DNA of 64,000 nt from a bacterium BRH_c32 (GTDB lineage: Bacteria; Bacteroidota; Ignavibacteria; Ignavibacteriales; Melioribacteraceae): NCBI GenBank assembly GCA_001516025.1, contig LOEU01000034.1:15468-79467 (forward strand), given 5' to 3'. The translations under genes were made by a program, and so were the position numbers. Shown here piece by piece: positions 11,301 to 20,472 of the stretch (positions are counted from its first letter, which is position 1; every line of letters begins with the position of its first letter). Below the pieces are notes generated by a model that was not told where the DNA came from, ran no database searches, and was given only the letters and a program-made list of their open reading frames with translations.

Positions 11301-11569
11301 ATATACCCGTGGAGATACTAAACTGGCCTCTCAAAGGAGGTTCTCCTAATGCGGCTGATTATATTAAGCAAGGTAAAATCGATTTAGTAATAAATATTCC
11401 GAAAAATTTCCAAGAAGAAGAATTAACTAACGATTATATAATCAGAAGGACTGCTGTGGATTATAAAATTCCATTAATTACGAACCGTCAATTAGCAATG
11501 CGTTTGGGTGAAGCTCTCTCGGAAAAGAGCCTTAATGACCTTCAAATAAAAAGTTGGAATGAATATTAG
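8378..11569 (+). CDS. carB: Carbamoyl-phosphate synthase large subunit
   Basis: 1063 aa with duplicated ATP-grasp halves (IIGSSALKIGEAGEFDYSG / ILGSGPYRIGSSVEFDW), an oligomerisation domain and a C-terminal MGS-like domain. Confidence 0.97.
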   Translation: MKTKFKKVLIIGSSALKIGEAGEFDYSGSQCIKALKEEGIYTVLINPNIATIQTSDYIADRVYLLPINTHFIEEVIKKEKPDGIMLGFGGQTALNSGLALDKLGILKKYNVEVLGTQIEAIENSEDRQKFCQKLSEIDVKYPQSKAVNSVEDALDYAKKIGFPLIIRIAYALGGLGSGICRNASELKKLASRALSYSSQILVEEYLEGWREIEYEVVRDKYDNCITVCNMENIDPMGIHTGESMVVAPSQTLSNSEFHKLREVAIRTIRHLGIVGECNIQYALDMNSEDYRVIEVNARLSRSSALASKATGYPLAFVAAKLALGYGLHELPNSITKNTSAFFEPALDYIVIKVPRWDLKKFRFVKKQLGSSMKSVGEVMAIGRKFEEAFQKSMRMLDISVDGITASRTKFDFEDLEYALSNPTEERIFAVVQALKSGYSVDWIFNLTHINKWFLYKIQNIVDMEKKIKEQDFKKMDKAFLLKAKQFGFSDRQIANILEIDAHDVYLKRIKFGLRPKIEHIDTLAAEFPAKTNYLYLTYNCEASDSELQLKNSIVILGSGPYRIGSSVEFDWCCVVTGKSLREMGYKTIMINCNPETVSTDYDESDALFFEELTVETIYEIYRATNPKGVIVAMGGQTPNNLSAKLRNVGIKILGTSTESIDMAEDRSKFSSMLDKLEIEQPEWRELSAVQDAVEFAKKVGYPVLVRPSYVLSGAAMAIATDDNELIKFLHKAVDVSNEHPVVISKYLVNAKELEFDAVAQNGKIVCSAISEHVENAGVHSGDATLVLPPQRTYLETMRQIRDISAKIAKSLNINGPFNIQYIAKENRVKVIECNLRASRSFPFVSKTLKKNFIEIAAKVITGVKVPIDDNMNFNYDYVGVKAPEFSFTRLEGADPTTGVEMASTGEVACLGDDFSEAFLKALISVGYKFPIKSILISSGSIESKAELLETCRSFLKLGVKLYATSGTAKFMKSNDIPVEILNWPLKGGSPNAADYIKQGKIDLVINIPKNFQEEELTNDYIIRRTAVDYKIPLITNRQLAMRLGEALSEKSLNDLQIKSWNEY

Positions 11570-11630
11570 TTTTATTTTGTTAATCTATTTAGTATTTTTA
11601 GAAAGTTGATACATAAACAAGTGGAAAAAT

Positions 11631-12038
11631 ATGTCCGTTGAAACACCAAACAAACCGAAATTACTAATTGTAGAAGATGATTACGAAAATCAGAAATTTC
11701 TTCAGATATTTTTAAAAAGAAAATTTGAATTAGAGATTTGCGATTCAGCCGATACTTTTTATCAAAAATTAGCTGAACAAAAATTTGATATCATATTAAT
11801 GGATATCTCATTAAGAGGAAAAAAAGACGGGCTTCAATTAACAAAGGAATTAAGAGAAAATCCTACGTATAAAAACATGCCGATAGTGGGTCTCTCAGCC
11901 CATGCTTTCCAACGCGATAAGGATAATGCTTATAATGCAGGTGTCGATGTTTTTATCACCAAGCCGGTCCAGAATGAAGTTCTAATGGATACACTTGTAA
12001 AAACATTAGAAAATAAATCGGGTATTAAAATAAGCTAA
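11631..12038 (+). CDS. Stand-alone response-regulator receiver domain (CheY-like)
   Basis: 135 aa with LLIVEDD, the phospho-acceptor context DIILMDISL and a conserved K in FITKP. No output domain. Confidence 0.85.
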   Translation: MSVETPNKPKLLIVEDDYENQKFLQIFLKRKFELEICDSADTFYQKLAEQKFDIILMDISLRGKKDGLQLTKELRENPTYKNMPIVGLSAHAFQRDKDNAYNAGVDVFITKPVQNEVLMDTLVKTLENKSGIKIS

Positions 12039-12047
12039 AATTAAGCT

Positions 12048-12078
12048 AGAATAGAAATGTAACATTTCTAACTATTCT
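12048..12078 (+). terminator. Hairpin after the receiver gene (weak T tract)
   Basis: AGAAATG (53-59) pairs with CATTTCT (63-69). An outer AGAAT/ATTCT pairing has a 4-nt bulge. The hairpin is followed only by TTT. Confidence 0.4.
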
Positions 12079-12122
12079 TTCGTCTAAACTTCAGATAAAA
12101 ATTAATCTCAAGGGGAGGGACT

Positions 12123-13082
12123 ATGCCTAAGAAATGGCTTACACTAATATTAATATTCACCTTAGCATTAACAATTAATTTATCCGCACAAGATGAGGAT
12201 GAAGACGATTGGGGCACAACGGATGACGATGATGATTACGGTTGGGCTCACAATTGGGAGTGGAACGGATACGATTGGCTGAATTGGAAATTTGACCGTC
12301 CATTTATGGAATTAAATTATGGCATCGGAGACTATAAACATAAAGATATGTTTTCTAAATTTGCTCCGGCAGGTTCATGGGAATTAAAACTTGGTTATAG
12401 CGATATTGGAAGTGCCGATGACAATAATATAGTAGATTTCAATGAAAGTTTTGTCTTCGTATCACATATTTCATCCCGCTTAAGTTCTCAAGAAAGAAAA
12501 TTTGCCGAATTGCCGTTTGATAATTGGCGTTTTGGTATCGGTAAAAGAGAAGGTTACGGATATGATTTAGGTGCATTATCAATACTTCCATATACTCAAT
12601 CCGGTTTTGTATGGACGAGAGTTGAGATGGAAGATTATCCGGTAGGAACTTGGATTACACCTTTGGATGATTATTTCCCTAGCCCGGGTCAAAATGCTTA
12701 TAATGATTATAAAATTTTGCAGCGTTATGATAAAGACTTTAGATTCGGAACGCTCGTTGAAGGTGGAGTACGATTTGAAACTGCAAGTGTGGTATCAATA
12801 AGTGCCGGTTATGAAGCTGCGGTAATTTTCCCTCGACATCTCTTTTGGAAACATCTCGGTAGTTTAGTAATTGAAGAAACAGGCAAAGGAGCACTTGAAT
12901 ATTTTATTGAAAGAGTAATGGATTCATCTCCCGCTGCTGCGCCGATAATAAATGTAATACTTAAGAGTGCATATTCTTATGCTTTTTATGCATTAAAGAA
13001 AGATAATATGAACTGGCCCTTCAATACAGAAAAACCGCTTACCTACGAAACATTCAAGTTCGGAGTTACATTCGTTTTCTAA
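12123..13082 (+). CDS. Hypothetical secreted protein, probable outer-membrane beta-barrel
   Basis: 319 aa with a signal peptide ending LSAQ and an acidic/Trp-rich N-terminus (QDEDEDDWGTTDDDDDYGWAHNWEWNGYDW). The alternating C-terminal strand ends in Phe (FKFGVTFVF). No family recognised. Confidence 0.5.
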   Translation: MPKKWLTLILIFTLALTINLSAQDEDEDDWGTTDDDDDYGWAHNWEWNGYDWLNWKFDRPFMELNYGIGDYKHKDMFSKFAPAGSWELKLGYSDIGSADDNNIVDFNESFVFVSHISSRLSSQERKFAELPFDNWRFGIGKREGYGYDLGALSILPYTQSGFVWTRVEMEDYPVGTWITPLDDYFPSPGQNAYNDYKILQRYDKDFRFGTLVEGGVRFETASVVSISAGYEAAVIFPRHLFWKHLGSLVIEETGKGALEYFIERVMDSSPAAAPIINVILKSAYSYAFYALKKDNMNWPFNTEKPLTYETFKFGVTFVF

Positions 13083-13089
13083 AAAATTA

Positions 13090-13114
13090 TTGCTCCCGTT
13101 TATAGCGGGAGCAA
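13090..13114 (-). terminator. Rho-independent terminator for the dnaG-GH13 transcript (also lies after the convergent + gene)
   Basis: TTGCTCCCG (13090-13098) pairs with CGGGAGCAA (13106-13114). The minus strand continues ATAATTTTTT. Confidence 0.7.
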
Positions 13115-13149
13115 ATTATTAATAAAAATTTCCAAATCGCCTGTAGATA

Positions 13150-14616
13150 TTAGAATTTGAAGATATGTGTGTTGAACGGTTTTAGTTCCACATAAAGTCC
13201 GATACTATTAATCTCTTCGGCTGAACGGAGATACGATTTATCGTTCATCAAGTCAATTAATTCCATCTCTTCTGGAAATCCCTCGAGATTCAATTTAATT
13301 CTGCATTTAGAAAGAGTCTCGGAATGATTAATTACTACAAGGCGATGTTCGTCTTTATAAGTCCAAAGCCACGAGAGCATATTAACATAAGTAAAATTGC
13401 CATCCCAACCGGGTTCGGGTTCTAAGAGAGTCCATTTGCCCGACTTAAAAATTTCAGCTTTTGTAATGGAAAGCAATTTATCATAATGAGCTTTAAGCAG
13501 TTTATTTTCCGTCTCTGCCCATTCTCTTCCGAGTTGAACAGGGAGTTTGATTTTCTTCCCTTCGAGCTGCCCATCATTATAGAGCTTAAGTCCCTGAATT
13601 GTAGCAATAATAGCCGAAGCGGTTTTATTCCTTTCGCAATTCATAATCGAAAGAGTTCTTTCTTCATCATGATTCTCGAGGAAGCGGACAGACTTCTGTT
13701 GGTATTCAGTATCGGCTTGGAGATGACCCTTAATAGCCTCGATATAACCGGAACGGATTCGTTCTGTAAGAGTCTTATCATAAGTATAATCAAAACCTTG
13801 CTGCTGCATTACCCATTCAAGGTCCCAATAAGTTTCTGCGATCATAACAAAATCTTCTCTCTTAGCTTTTATCTTTGAGATCGTATCTGCCCAATAATCT
13901 TTTTCGGGACGAGGATAATTTTTAAGTGCACCGACCCACGTGCTATAAAAAGTATTATTAAGAACAAGCATCGCCATATCGCATCTAAGACCATCGCACA
14001 TATCAGTGAGATCGAGAAGTACATTATCCATAAATTTGCGGGCTTCTAAGCTATAATAATTAATTTGAACCGTATCCTGCCAAGCGGGAAAAAATGGATC
14101 TCTTCCGTGAGCATAATACTTCCCGTTATCTGACTTAAAAAAAGTATGATTATCGGTATTAAAATTTTCTTCGGAAGCTTCGAGGAATATTTCGGGATTT
14201 GTTTTAAGCAGGTGTGTGTGGACGCTAAGATGATTTGGAACGAAATCCAATATCAATTTCATCCCTTTATTATTCAGCATAGTTTTTACGTTATAAAAAT
14301 CTTCCGTGCTTCCTAATGCGGGATTAAATTCATAGCAATCAATAGAATAAGGGGAGCCGATTACGTCTTCCTTCTGCCAATCTCTCAATGCTTTTGAATA
14401 TGCCTTGACTAAATCTTCTTCATAACAAAAACCTTCTATTGCCGAAGAACATGTTTTCCAAATACCCATAAGCCATATATAATCGAAACCTTTTTCTTTG
14501 AGGCTATCCCAATAGGATTCCGGGACGTAACTGATATTAATATTACCTTTCTTGTCTGCAAATTTCTTTAGAAATACTCTGGTATTAATTTCGTAAAGCG
14601 ATAAATTTTTTCTCAT
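13150..14616 (-). CDS. Alpha-amylase family glycoside hydrolase (GH13), no signal peptide
   Basis: 488 aa with GH13 conserved regions DFVPNH, GLRCDMA, IAETYWD and FLENHDE. Confidence 0.85.
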   Translation of the reverse strand: MRKNLSLYEINTRVFLKKFADKKGNINISYVPESYWDSLKEKGFDYIWLMGIWKTCSSAIEGFCYEEDLVKAYSKALRDWQKEDVIGSPYSIDCYEFNPALGSTEDFYNVKTMLNNKGMKLILDFVPNHLSVHTHLLKTNPEIFLEASEENFNTDNHTFFKSDNGKYYAHGRDPFFPAWQDTVQINYYSLEARKFMDNVLLDLTDMCDGLRCDMAMLVLNNTFYSTWVGALKNYPRPEKDYWADTISKIKAKREDFVMIAETYWDLEWVMQQQGFDYTYDKTLTERIRSGYIEAIKGHLQADTEYQQKSVRFLENHDEERTLSIMNCERNKTASAIIATIQGLKLYNDGQLEGKKIKLPVQLGREWAETENKLLKAHYDKLLSITKAEIFKSGKWTLLEPEPGWDGNFTYVNMLSWLWTYKDEHRLVVINHSETLSKCRIKLNLEGFPEEMELIDLMNDKSYLRSAEEINSIGLYVELKPFNTHIFKF

Positions 14617-14624
14617 TTCCTCAC

Positions 14625-16490
14625 CTATTCCTCGTTATTATTTTTTGAATTAGGCATTAAGCTGCGTTTCTCATCTTCTAAATCTTTAATTGATTTCATT
14701 AGTTCATAAATTGCTTGGCTATCGGAAGTCTCGCTGATTTTTTTATTTAATTCAAAAAGTTGTTCATTAATGCGATTGACTTTGAAGCGTCTGATTGAAT
14801 CGATAGCATATTCAATTTTATCTTTTTTTATTTCGCCGTTGTGTGATAGCTCAGACCATTTCGGGCTGATCTCTTCCTCATTAAAGAGGAGATTGAAAAC
14901 ATATTCTTTTAGTTCCGAATCATTAATTTGCTCAATTAAATGAGCAGGTGCAATAAGTCCGTCTTCATAATTTTCTACAACAATGCGTGATAATTCTTTG
15001 AAGATAATCGAATTAAAATCAGAAGGTTCGATATCATGCAAAATTGCGCTAAGGATTTCATTATCGCCGCTAAAGAGGAGACGGATTAATTCTTTTTCGG
15101 TTTGAGCTGTTGATGATTTATCCCTATTGTTCTTTAATTCTAATATGCCTGATGATGCTCGCTCTGTTTCTTTCTGCGGTTTTTTCTGCTGCGATTGTTT
15201 ATTAATATAATCGATCAATTCCGATTCGAGCATTTTTTCGCGAAGATTGAATTTTTTTGCAAGAGAAGTAATTAATAGTCCTTGTTTAATTTTGTCATTA
15301 ACAAGTGCAATGATTCTTACGGTCTCACGAATTACTTTTGTCGCTTCATTAGGATCGCTTAGCATTCCTCTTTCTTCGAATATTCTAAGTCTAAACTCAA
15401 GGAAGTTTTGTGCTCTCGAAATAAAATCATCAAAAACTTCCTTACCGTTTTTCTGAATATAAGAATCGGGGTCTTCTCCTTTCGGAAGGAGAGCCACTTT
15501 AACTTCAAAATCGGATTTGATAAGTATCTCTATACTTCTAAGAGCGGCTTTTTGTCCCGCTTCATCCGAATCAAAAAGTACTACAATATTTTTAGTGAAT
15601 CGCGAGAGAAGCTGCACTTGCTCTTCGGTGAGTGAAGTACCCGAAGAAGCCACAACATTTTTCACTCCGTTTTGAAAAAGTGAAATTAAATCAAGATAAC
15701 CTTCCACGAGTATTACTTTATCAAGTTTTCTTATCTCCTCCTTTGAATGATATAATCCATAAAGGGATTTACGTTTAAGGTAGATCGGATTTTCGGGCGA
15801 GTTTAAGTATTTGGCGGCGTTCTCGCTATTTTCTAAAATTCTTCCGCCGAATGCAATTACTCTTCCATTAGGCGAAAAAATCGGAAAAATTATTCTTCCG
15901 CGGTACTTATCATAGAACTTACCGTTTTCTTTTTTATCGATTAATCCGAGAAGTTTAGTTTTTTCTAGATCTAATTTATTGGCTATCGCATGGTCATAGA
16001 AATTATTCCATCCCGAAGGAGCAAAACCGAGTCCGAATGATTTCTGAATCTGCGGTTTTATATTTCTCTTCTTTAAGTATTCGCGTGCAATTTCACCTTC
16101 GCTGCTTTTATAAAGCGTATCGGTAAAAAAGCGAGCTGCGGTAAGATTAATATCATAAAGGATTTCGAGTTCGTCATCTTCACCTTTATTACTCTCTTCC
16201 ATTTTTAACTGATAACCGATAAAATCGGCAATCTCCTGAACTGCTTCGATAAACGAGATATTCTTATAGTCCATCAAGAACTTAAAAATATTTCCGCCGC
16301 TAGCGCATCCGAAGCAGCGATAGATCTGCTTATCTTCGCTGACAACAAAAGAGGGCGTTTTTTCGGAATGAAACGGACACAAACCGATAAAATTCTTCCC
16401 CCGCTTCTTTAATTGAACGTGAGTGCTGATGATATCAACTATATTAGCGGATTGGCGGATTTCGTCTATTTTTTGTTCAGGAATTCTCAT
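14625..16490 (-). CDS. dnaG: DNA primase
   Basis: 621 aa with zinc finger CPFHSEKTPSF...CFGC, a TOPRIM region (ILVEGYLDLISL, VVLFDSDEAG) and a C-terminal helical domain. Confidence 0.95.
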   Translation of the reverse strand: MRIPEQKIDEIRQSANIVDIISTHVQLKKRGKNFIGLCPFHSEKTPSFVVSEDKQIYRCFGCASGGNIFKFLMDYKNISFIEAVQEIADFIGYQLKMEESNKGEDDELEILYDINLTAARFFTDTLYKSSEGEIAREYLKKRNIKPQIQKSFGLGFAPSGWNNFYDHAIANKLDLEKTKLLGLIDKKENGKFYDKYRGRIIFPIFSPNGRVIAFGGRILENSENAAKYLNSPENPIYLKRKSLYGLYHSKEEIRKLDKVILVEGYLDLISLFQNGVKNVVASSGTSLTEEQVQLLSRFTKNIVVLFDSDEAGQKAALRSIEILIKSDFEVKVALLPKGEDPDSYIQKNGKEVFDDFISRAQNFLEFRLRIFEERGMLSDPNEATKVIRETVRIIALVNDKIKQGLLITSLAKKFNLREKMLESELIDYINKQSQQKKPQKETERASSGILELKNNRDKSSTAQTEKELIRLLFSGDNEILSAILHDIEPSDFNSIIFKELSRIVVENYEDGLIAPAHLIEQINDSELKEYVFNLLFNEEEISPKWSELSHNGEIKKDKIEYAIDSIRRFKVNRINEQLFELNKKISETSDSQAIYELMKSIKDLEDEKRSLMPNSKNNNEE

Positions 16491-16611
16491 ATAGTAAAGT
16501 TAATGATTTTTCTTTCAAATAAATTAGCTATTAAATTGATATATTTACAGATAAGTATTGTTTTTAAAATTAGAGATATCAAGAGTTCCAAACTTCACCA
16601 AAACAGGAATT

Positions 16612-17145
16612 ATGAATAATAATAAAGTAAGAGATATACTTCTATTTTTGCCCGCTAATGATTTTAATGAGCACGAATTTTTAGTAATAAAAAATGGTTT
16701 AAGGGATGCCGAATTAAAATATTTTATCCTTTCGGATACTTCGGCTCTATGTGTAGGGAGTAATGGACTAAAGGTGAAACCCGATATGATGCTATATAAT
16801 GCGAATGCGAGAAATTTTGCGGGTATGATATTATGCGGAGGAAACGGGGCAAAAAGATATTGGAGCAATCAAACACTTCATCGGTTGATAAAAGATTTTA
16901 GGTCATCCCCCACGAAGATATTAGGCGCAATCTGTAATTCGGCAGTAACGGCTGCGAGAGCGGGTGTAATTACCGAGAGAGCAGTATGCTATCCAGAATT
17001 CAAAGGCGAAATAGAAAAAGAGGGAGTAAAATTTATCGATCAACCCGTAGTATTCGATAAAAATATTATTACTGCAAGGGAGCAAAGTTCTTCATGCGAA
17101 TTTATCTCTTCCTATATCGCACATATTTCTAAATTTTTGGAATAG
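16612..17145 (+). CDS. DJ-1/PfpI family protein
   Basis: The track ORF starts at 16558, but ATG 16612 is preceded by AGGA and gives MNNNKVRDILLFLP. It has a nucleophile-elbow-like AICNSAV and a CGGNG segment. Confidence 0.7.
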   Translation: MNNNKVRDILLFLPANDFNEHEFLVIKNGLRDAELKYFILSDTSALCVGSNGLKVKPDMMLYNANARNFAGMILCGGNGAKRYWSNQTLHRLIKDFRSSPTKILGAICNSAVTAARAGVITERAVCYPEFKGEIEKEGVKFIDQPVVFDKNIITAREQSSSCEFISSYIAHISKFLE

Positions 17146-17193
17146 AACTAATTTTGCTAAAGAATTGTTTAATATCCCTAGAAAGGGAGAGAA

Positions 17194-19134
17194 ATGAAAT
17201 CAGAAAATAATTATTGCGAAAGTCTTACAGAATATAAAAGATTAAAAACGAGAGTTGTCCATATCGGAGATATTCCGCTAGGAGGAGATTATCCGATAAG
17301 AATACAATCTATGACTACCACTGATACACTTGATACTCTCGGAACAGTGGAGCAATCGATTAAGATGATCGAATCCGGCTCGGAATTTATAAGAATAACC
17401 GCACCGAGTATTAAAGAGGCGGAAAACCTAAAGAATATAAAAGATGAATTGCGCCGCCGTGGATATAAAGCACCATTAATAGCCGACATCCATTTCACAC
17501 CGAACGCCGCCGAATTAGCCGCACGAATTGTAGAAAAAGTGAGAGTGAATCCGGGCAACTATGCCGATAAGAAGAAATTCCAAACATTAGAATATAACGA
17601 TGCCGAATATCTAGCCGAACTAGAGAGGATCAGAGAAAGATTCACTCCATTAGTGAAAATTTGCAAAGAATACGGGACGGCAATGAGGATTGGGACTAAT
17701 CATGGTTCTCTTTCGGATCGTATTATGAGCCGTTATGGAGATACACCGCTTGGGATGGTGGAATCCGCTCTTGAATTTTTACGTATCTGCGAGGACTTGG
17801 ATTATCATGAAATTGTACTTTCGATGAAAGCAAGCAATACTCAGGTGATGGTTCAGGCATATCGATTATTAATTAAAAAGATGAATGAAGAGGGGATGAA
17901 CTATCCGCTTCATCTCGGTGTAACCGAAGCCGGAGATGGAGAAGATGGAAGAATCAAATCCGCAGTCGGAATCGGCACTCTACTCGAAGATGGAATTGGA
18001 GATACGGTAAGAGTATCATTGACCGAGCCGCCGGAATTTGAAGCTCCCGTAGCAATAGCTTTAGTAAATAAATATAGCGAGAGGAAAAATCATAAACCGC
18101 TTCCGCCGATTAATGAAGTGCCGAAATCGCCTTATGAATATAGTAGAAGAGAGAGTTTTGAGATTGCGGGAATCGGGGGCGATACCGTGCCGAAAGTTTT
18201 TGCCGATTACAGCACATCGGGAATTAAGGATTATAAAGATTTATCCGAAACGGGACTTAATTATAATGCCGAAACCGATAAATGGTTTATGAACGATATA
18301 TCTCCCGACTTATTATTTATGGGTGATAATAAACTTCCATTCGATGCACCGAATAGCTTAAAGGTGGTATTAAATTATAATTTTTGGCGAACGCTTGAGG
18401 ATAAGTCGATCGGCTTCCCTTATTACCGTTATTCGGAATATCAAAATGCCGAGGCAAAATCGTTCATTCTCAATTTTGTAGAGATTAATATTAAAGACGT
18501 AATGAATGAGGATTTTAAGGCGGATGATAAAACCGTTTTTGTAATTACGACAGATAATAAACATGGAATGGCAGAAGAGAGAAGAATCTTTTTTGAACTG
18601 CTAAACAAAGGGATTAAGAATCCGATAATAATTAGAAGAGACTATAAAGAGATTGATGAAGAAAATCTTCGCCTTTATAGCGCCACCGATTTAGGTGCAC
18701 TTCTTATAGATGGATTCGGAGACGGAGTTTGGATTACGGTTCACGAATTTAATTCAGCTAAACCGAAAGAATTTATTAATTGGACTTTATTCGGAATCCT
18801 TCAAGCAACAAGAACACGAATCTCTAAGACTGAATATATTGCATGTCCATCCTGCGGAAGGACGCTTTTTGATTTAATGGAAGTAACCGATAAAATACGC
18901 AAGCGCACCGAGCAATTGAAGGGTGTTAAGATTGCTATAATGGGATGTATAGTTAATGGACCCGGAGAGATGGCGGATGCCGATTATGGTTATGTCGGTT
19001 CGGGAATCGGTAAGATTACTCTCTATCGAGGTAAAGAGGTAGTAGAGCGGAGCCTTAATTCGGAATATGCTGTCGATAAATTAATCGATTTGATAAAAGA
19101 AGATGGTAAATGGATAGAGCCGGCACAAAATTGA
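17194..19134 (+). CDS. ispG: 4-hydroxy-3-methylbut-2-en-1-yl diphosphate synthase, long form with inserted domain
   Basis: 646 aa with an N-terminal TIM-barrel domain (RVNPGNY, GTNHGSL, LGVTEAG), Cys ligands CPSCGRT and GCIVNGPGE at the C-terminus, and an insert of about 240 aa between them. Confidence 0.95.
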   Translation: MKSENNYCESLTEYKRLKTRVVHIGDIPLGGDYPIRIQSMTTTDTLDTLGTVEQSIKMIESGSEFIRITAPSIKEAENLKNIKDELRRRGYKAPLIADIHFTPNAAELAARIVEKVRVNPGNYADKKKFQTLEYNDAEYLAELERIRERFTPLVKICKEYGTAMRIGTNHGSLSDRIMSRYGDTPLGMVESALEFLRICEDLDYHEIVLSMKASNTQVMVQAYRLLIKKMNEEGMNYPLHLGVTEAGDGEDGRIKSAVGIGTLLEDGIGDTVRVSLTEPPEFEAPVAIALVNKYSERKNHKPLPPINEVPKSPYEYSRRESFEIAGIGGDTVPKVFADYSTSGIKDYKDLSETGLNYNAETDKWFMNDISPDLLFMGDNKLPFDAPNSLKVVLNYNFWRTLEDKSIGFPYYRYSEYQNAEAKSFILNFVEINIKDVMNEDFKADDKTVFVITTDNKHGMAEERRIFFELLNKGIKNPIIIRRDYKEIDEENLRLYSATDLGALLIDGFGDGVWITVHEFNSAKPKEFINWTLFGILQATRTRISKTEYIACPSCGRTLFDLMEVTDKIRKRTEQLKGVKIAIMGCIVNGPGEMADADYGYVGSGIGKITLYRGKEVVERSLNSEYAVDKLIDLIKEDGKWIEPAQN

Positions 19135-19212
19135 GTCGGATAGAATAATATGCTCCTTCGGACGAAACTCTTTTATCCATTGATTTGTAAAAAATTTAAA
19201 ATAAACCTTAAC

Positions 19213-19241
19213 TTGAATGATTGATTAAATTAATGTATTTT
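19213..19241 (+). promoter_or_regulatory. Sigma70-like promoter candidate (TTGAAT-17-TATTTT)
   Basis: TTGAAT 19213-19218, 17-nt spacer, TATTTT 19236-19241. It lies in the 224-nt ispG/Nif3 spacer. Confidence 0.3.
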
Positions 19242-19320
19242 TGGAACACTATATGAAAATGAATAAACAGTTGAAAGAATTTATAAATTACAGTTCAAGC
19301 GGAATGAAGTTTTAATCAAA

Positions 19321-19353
19321 ATGCACTCCTATCAAAGGGGTGCATTTTTTTTT
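19321..19353 (+). terminator. Strong intrinsic terminator ending 5 nt before the Nif3-like start codon
   Basis: ATGCAC..CC (19321-19330) pairs with GGGGTGCAT (19337-19345), followed by T9 (19345-19353). Confidence 0.75.
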
Positions 19354-19358
19354 GATAT

Positions 19359-20462
19359 ATGAGAATAAAGGAACTAATAAAATATCTTGAAGTATGGGCT
19401 CCACCGGGAGCCGCGTGGGACAGGGACAATACTGGACTTCAAGTTGGCTTTAGAGAAGAGAAACTAATAAATCTGCTTCTCGCACTTGAGGTAAACCAAG
19501 ATGCCTTACGAGAAGCAATAGATAAAAAATGCAACCTAATAGTTACACATCACCCGCTAATCTTTAACCCAATTAAAAAATTAGACTTCCAAAACGACAC
19601 AAACTCCAAACTCATAGAATCACTCACAAGAAATAAAATAACACTCTATTCAATGCACACAAATCTTGATTATATAAAAGATGGTGTATCCTTCGAACTC
19701 GCAAAACAATTAAAACTAAAAAACATTCAATTCCTAAAACCGCAATCGGGCAATCAATTCAAGTTAGTTGTCTTCGCTCCCGAATCCGATATCGAAAAAA
19801 TATCCGATGCCGCATTTAATTCAGGTGCAGGGAGAATCGGTGAATATGATCGATGCAGTTATAGAAGCGAGGGAGAGGGGACTTTCCGCGGATCCTCAAA
19901 TTCAAATCCTGCGCTCGGCGAAAAAGAAAATTTTGAAAAAGTAAAAGAAGCTCGATTAGAGTTTTTAGTTGATTCATGGAATTTAAGTCCGGTATTAAGC
20001 GCAGTTATAAATGCACATTCTTATGAGGAGCCGGCTTATGATATCTATCCTCTTAAAAATAAGAGTGTTAATTACGGTGCGGGAGCAATCGGCGAACTTG
20101 AAAAAGAGATGAGCGTAAAGCAGTTTCTCGATTACGCTGCTAAAAGTATGAAGATAAAAAATTTCCGATATGCATTGGGTGAGAATAAAAAAATTAAGAA
20201 AGTGGCGTTATGCGGCGGAAGCGGTGCGGATATGATAGGAGACGCAATTAATAGCGGCGCGGATGCCTATATCACCGCCGATATTAAATATCATTCATTT
20301 CAGGGTAGCAAGCTTCTTTTGATAGATGCGGGTCATTACGAAACAGAAATTTTTGCTTTGAATCTTCTTAAACGGAAGATCGAGAGTTATATAAATACAA
20401 AAGAAAGTAAAGTATTTAAGTATTCGGGAGTTACTAATCCCGTCAAGTTTTATAAACAATAG
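19359..20462 (+). CDS. Nif3-like dinuclear metal centre protein (YbgI/YqfO family) with inserted PII-like domain
   Basis: 367 aa with WDRDNTGLQVG, THHPLIF and a C-terminal DAGHYETE. Confidence 0.85.
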   Translation: MRIKELIKYLEVWAPPGAAWDRDNTGLQVGFREEKLINLLLALEVNQDALREAIDKKCNLIVTHHPLIFNPIKKLDFQNDTNSKLIESLTRNKITLYSMHTNLDYIKDGVSFELAKQLKLKNIQFLKPQSGNQFKLVVFAPESDIEKISDAAFNSGAGRIGEYDRCSYRSEGEGTFRGSSNSNPALGEKENFEKVKEARLEFLVDSWNLSPVLSAVINAHSYEEPAYDIYPLKNKSVNYGAGAIGELEKEMSVKQFLDYAAKSMKIKNFRYALGENKKIKKVALCGGSGADMIGDAINSGADAYITADIKYHSFQGSKLLLIDAGHYETEIFALNLLKRKIESYINTKESKVFKYSGVTNPVKFYKQ

Positions 20463-20472
20463 GAGAATTACT

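Noticed and set aside
13150-16490. dnaG is followed 8 nt later by a cytoplasmic GH13 gene instead of rpoD. I considered whether this was an unusual macromolecular-synthesis operon.
   Set aside because: The rpsU-dnaG-rpoD order is not conserved outside Proteobacteria/Firmicutes. The adjacency alone carries no functional signal that I can support.
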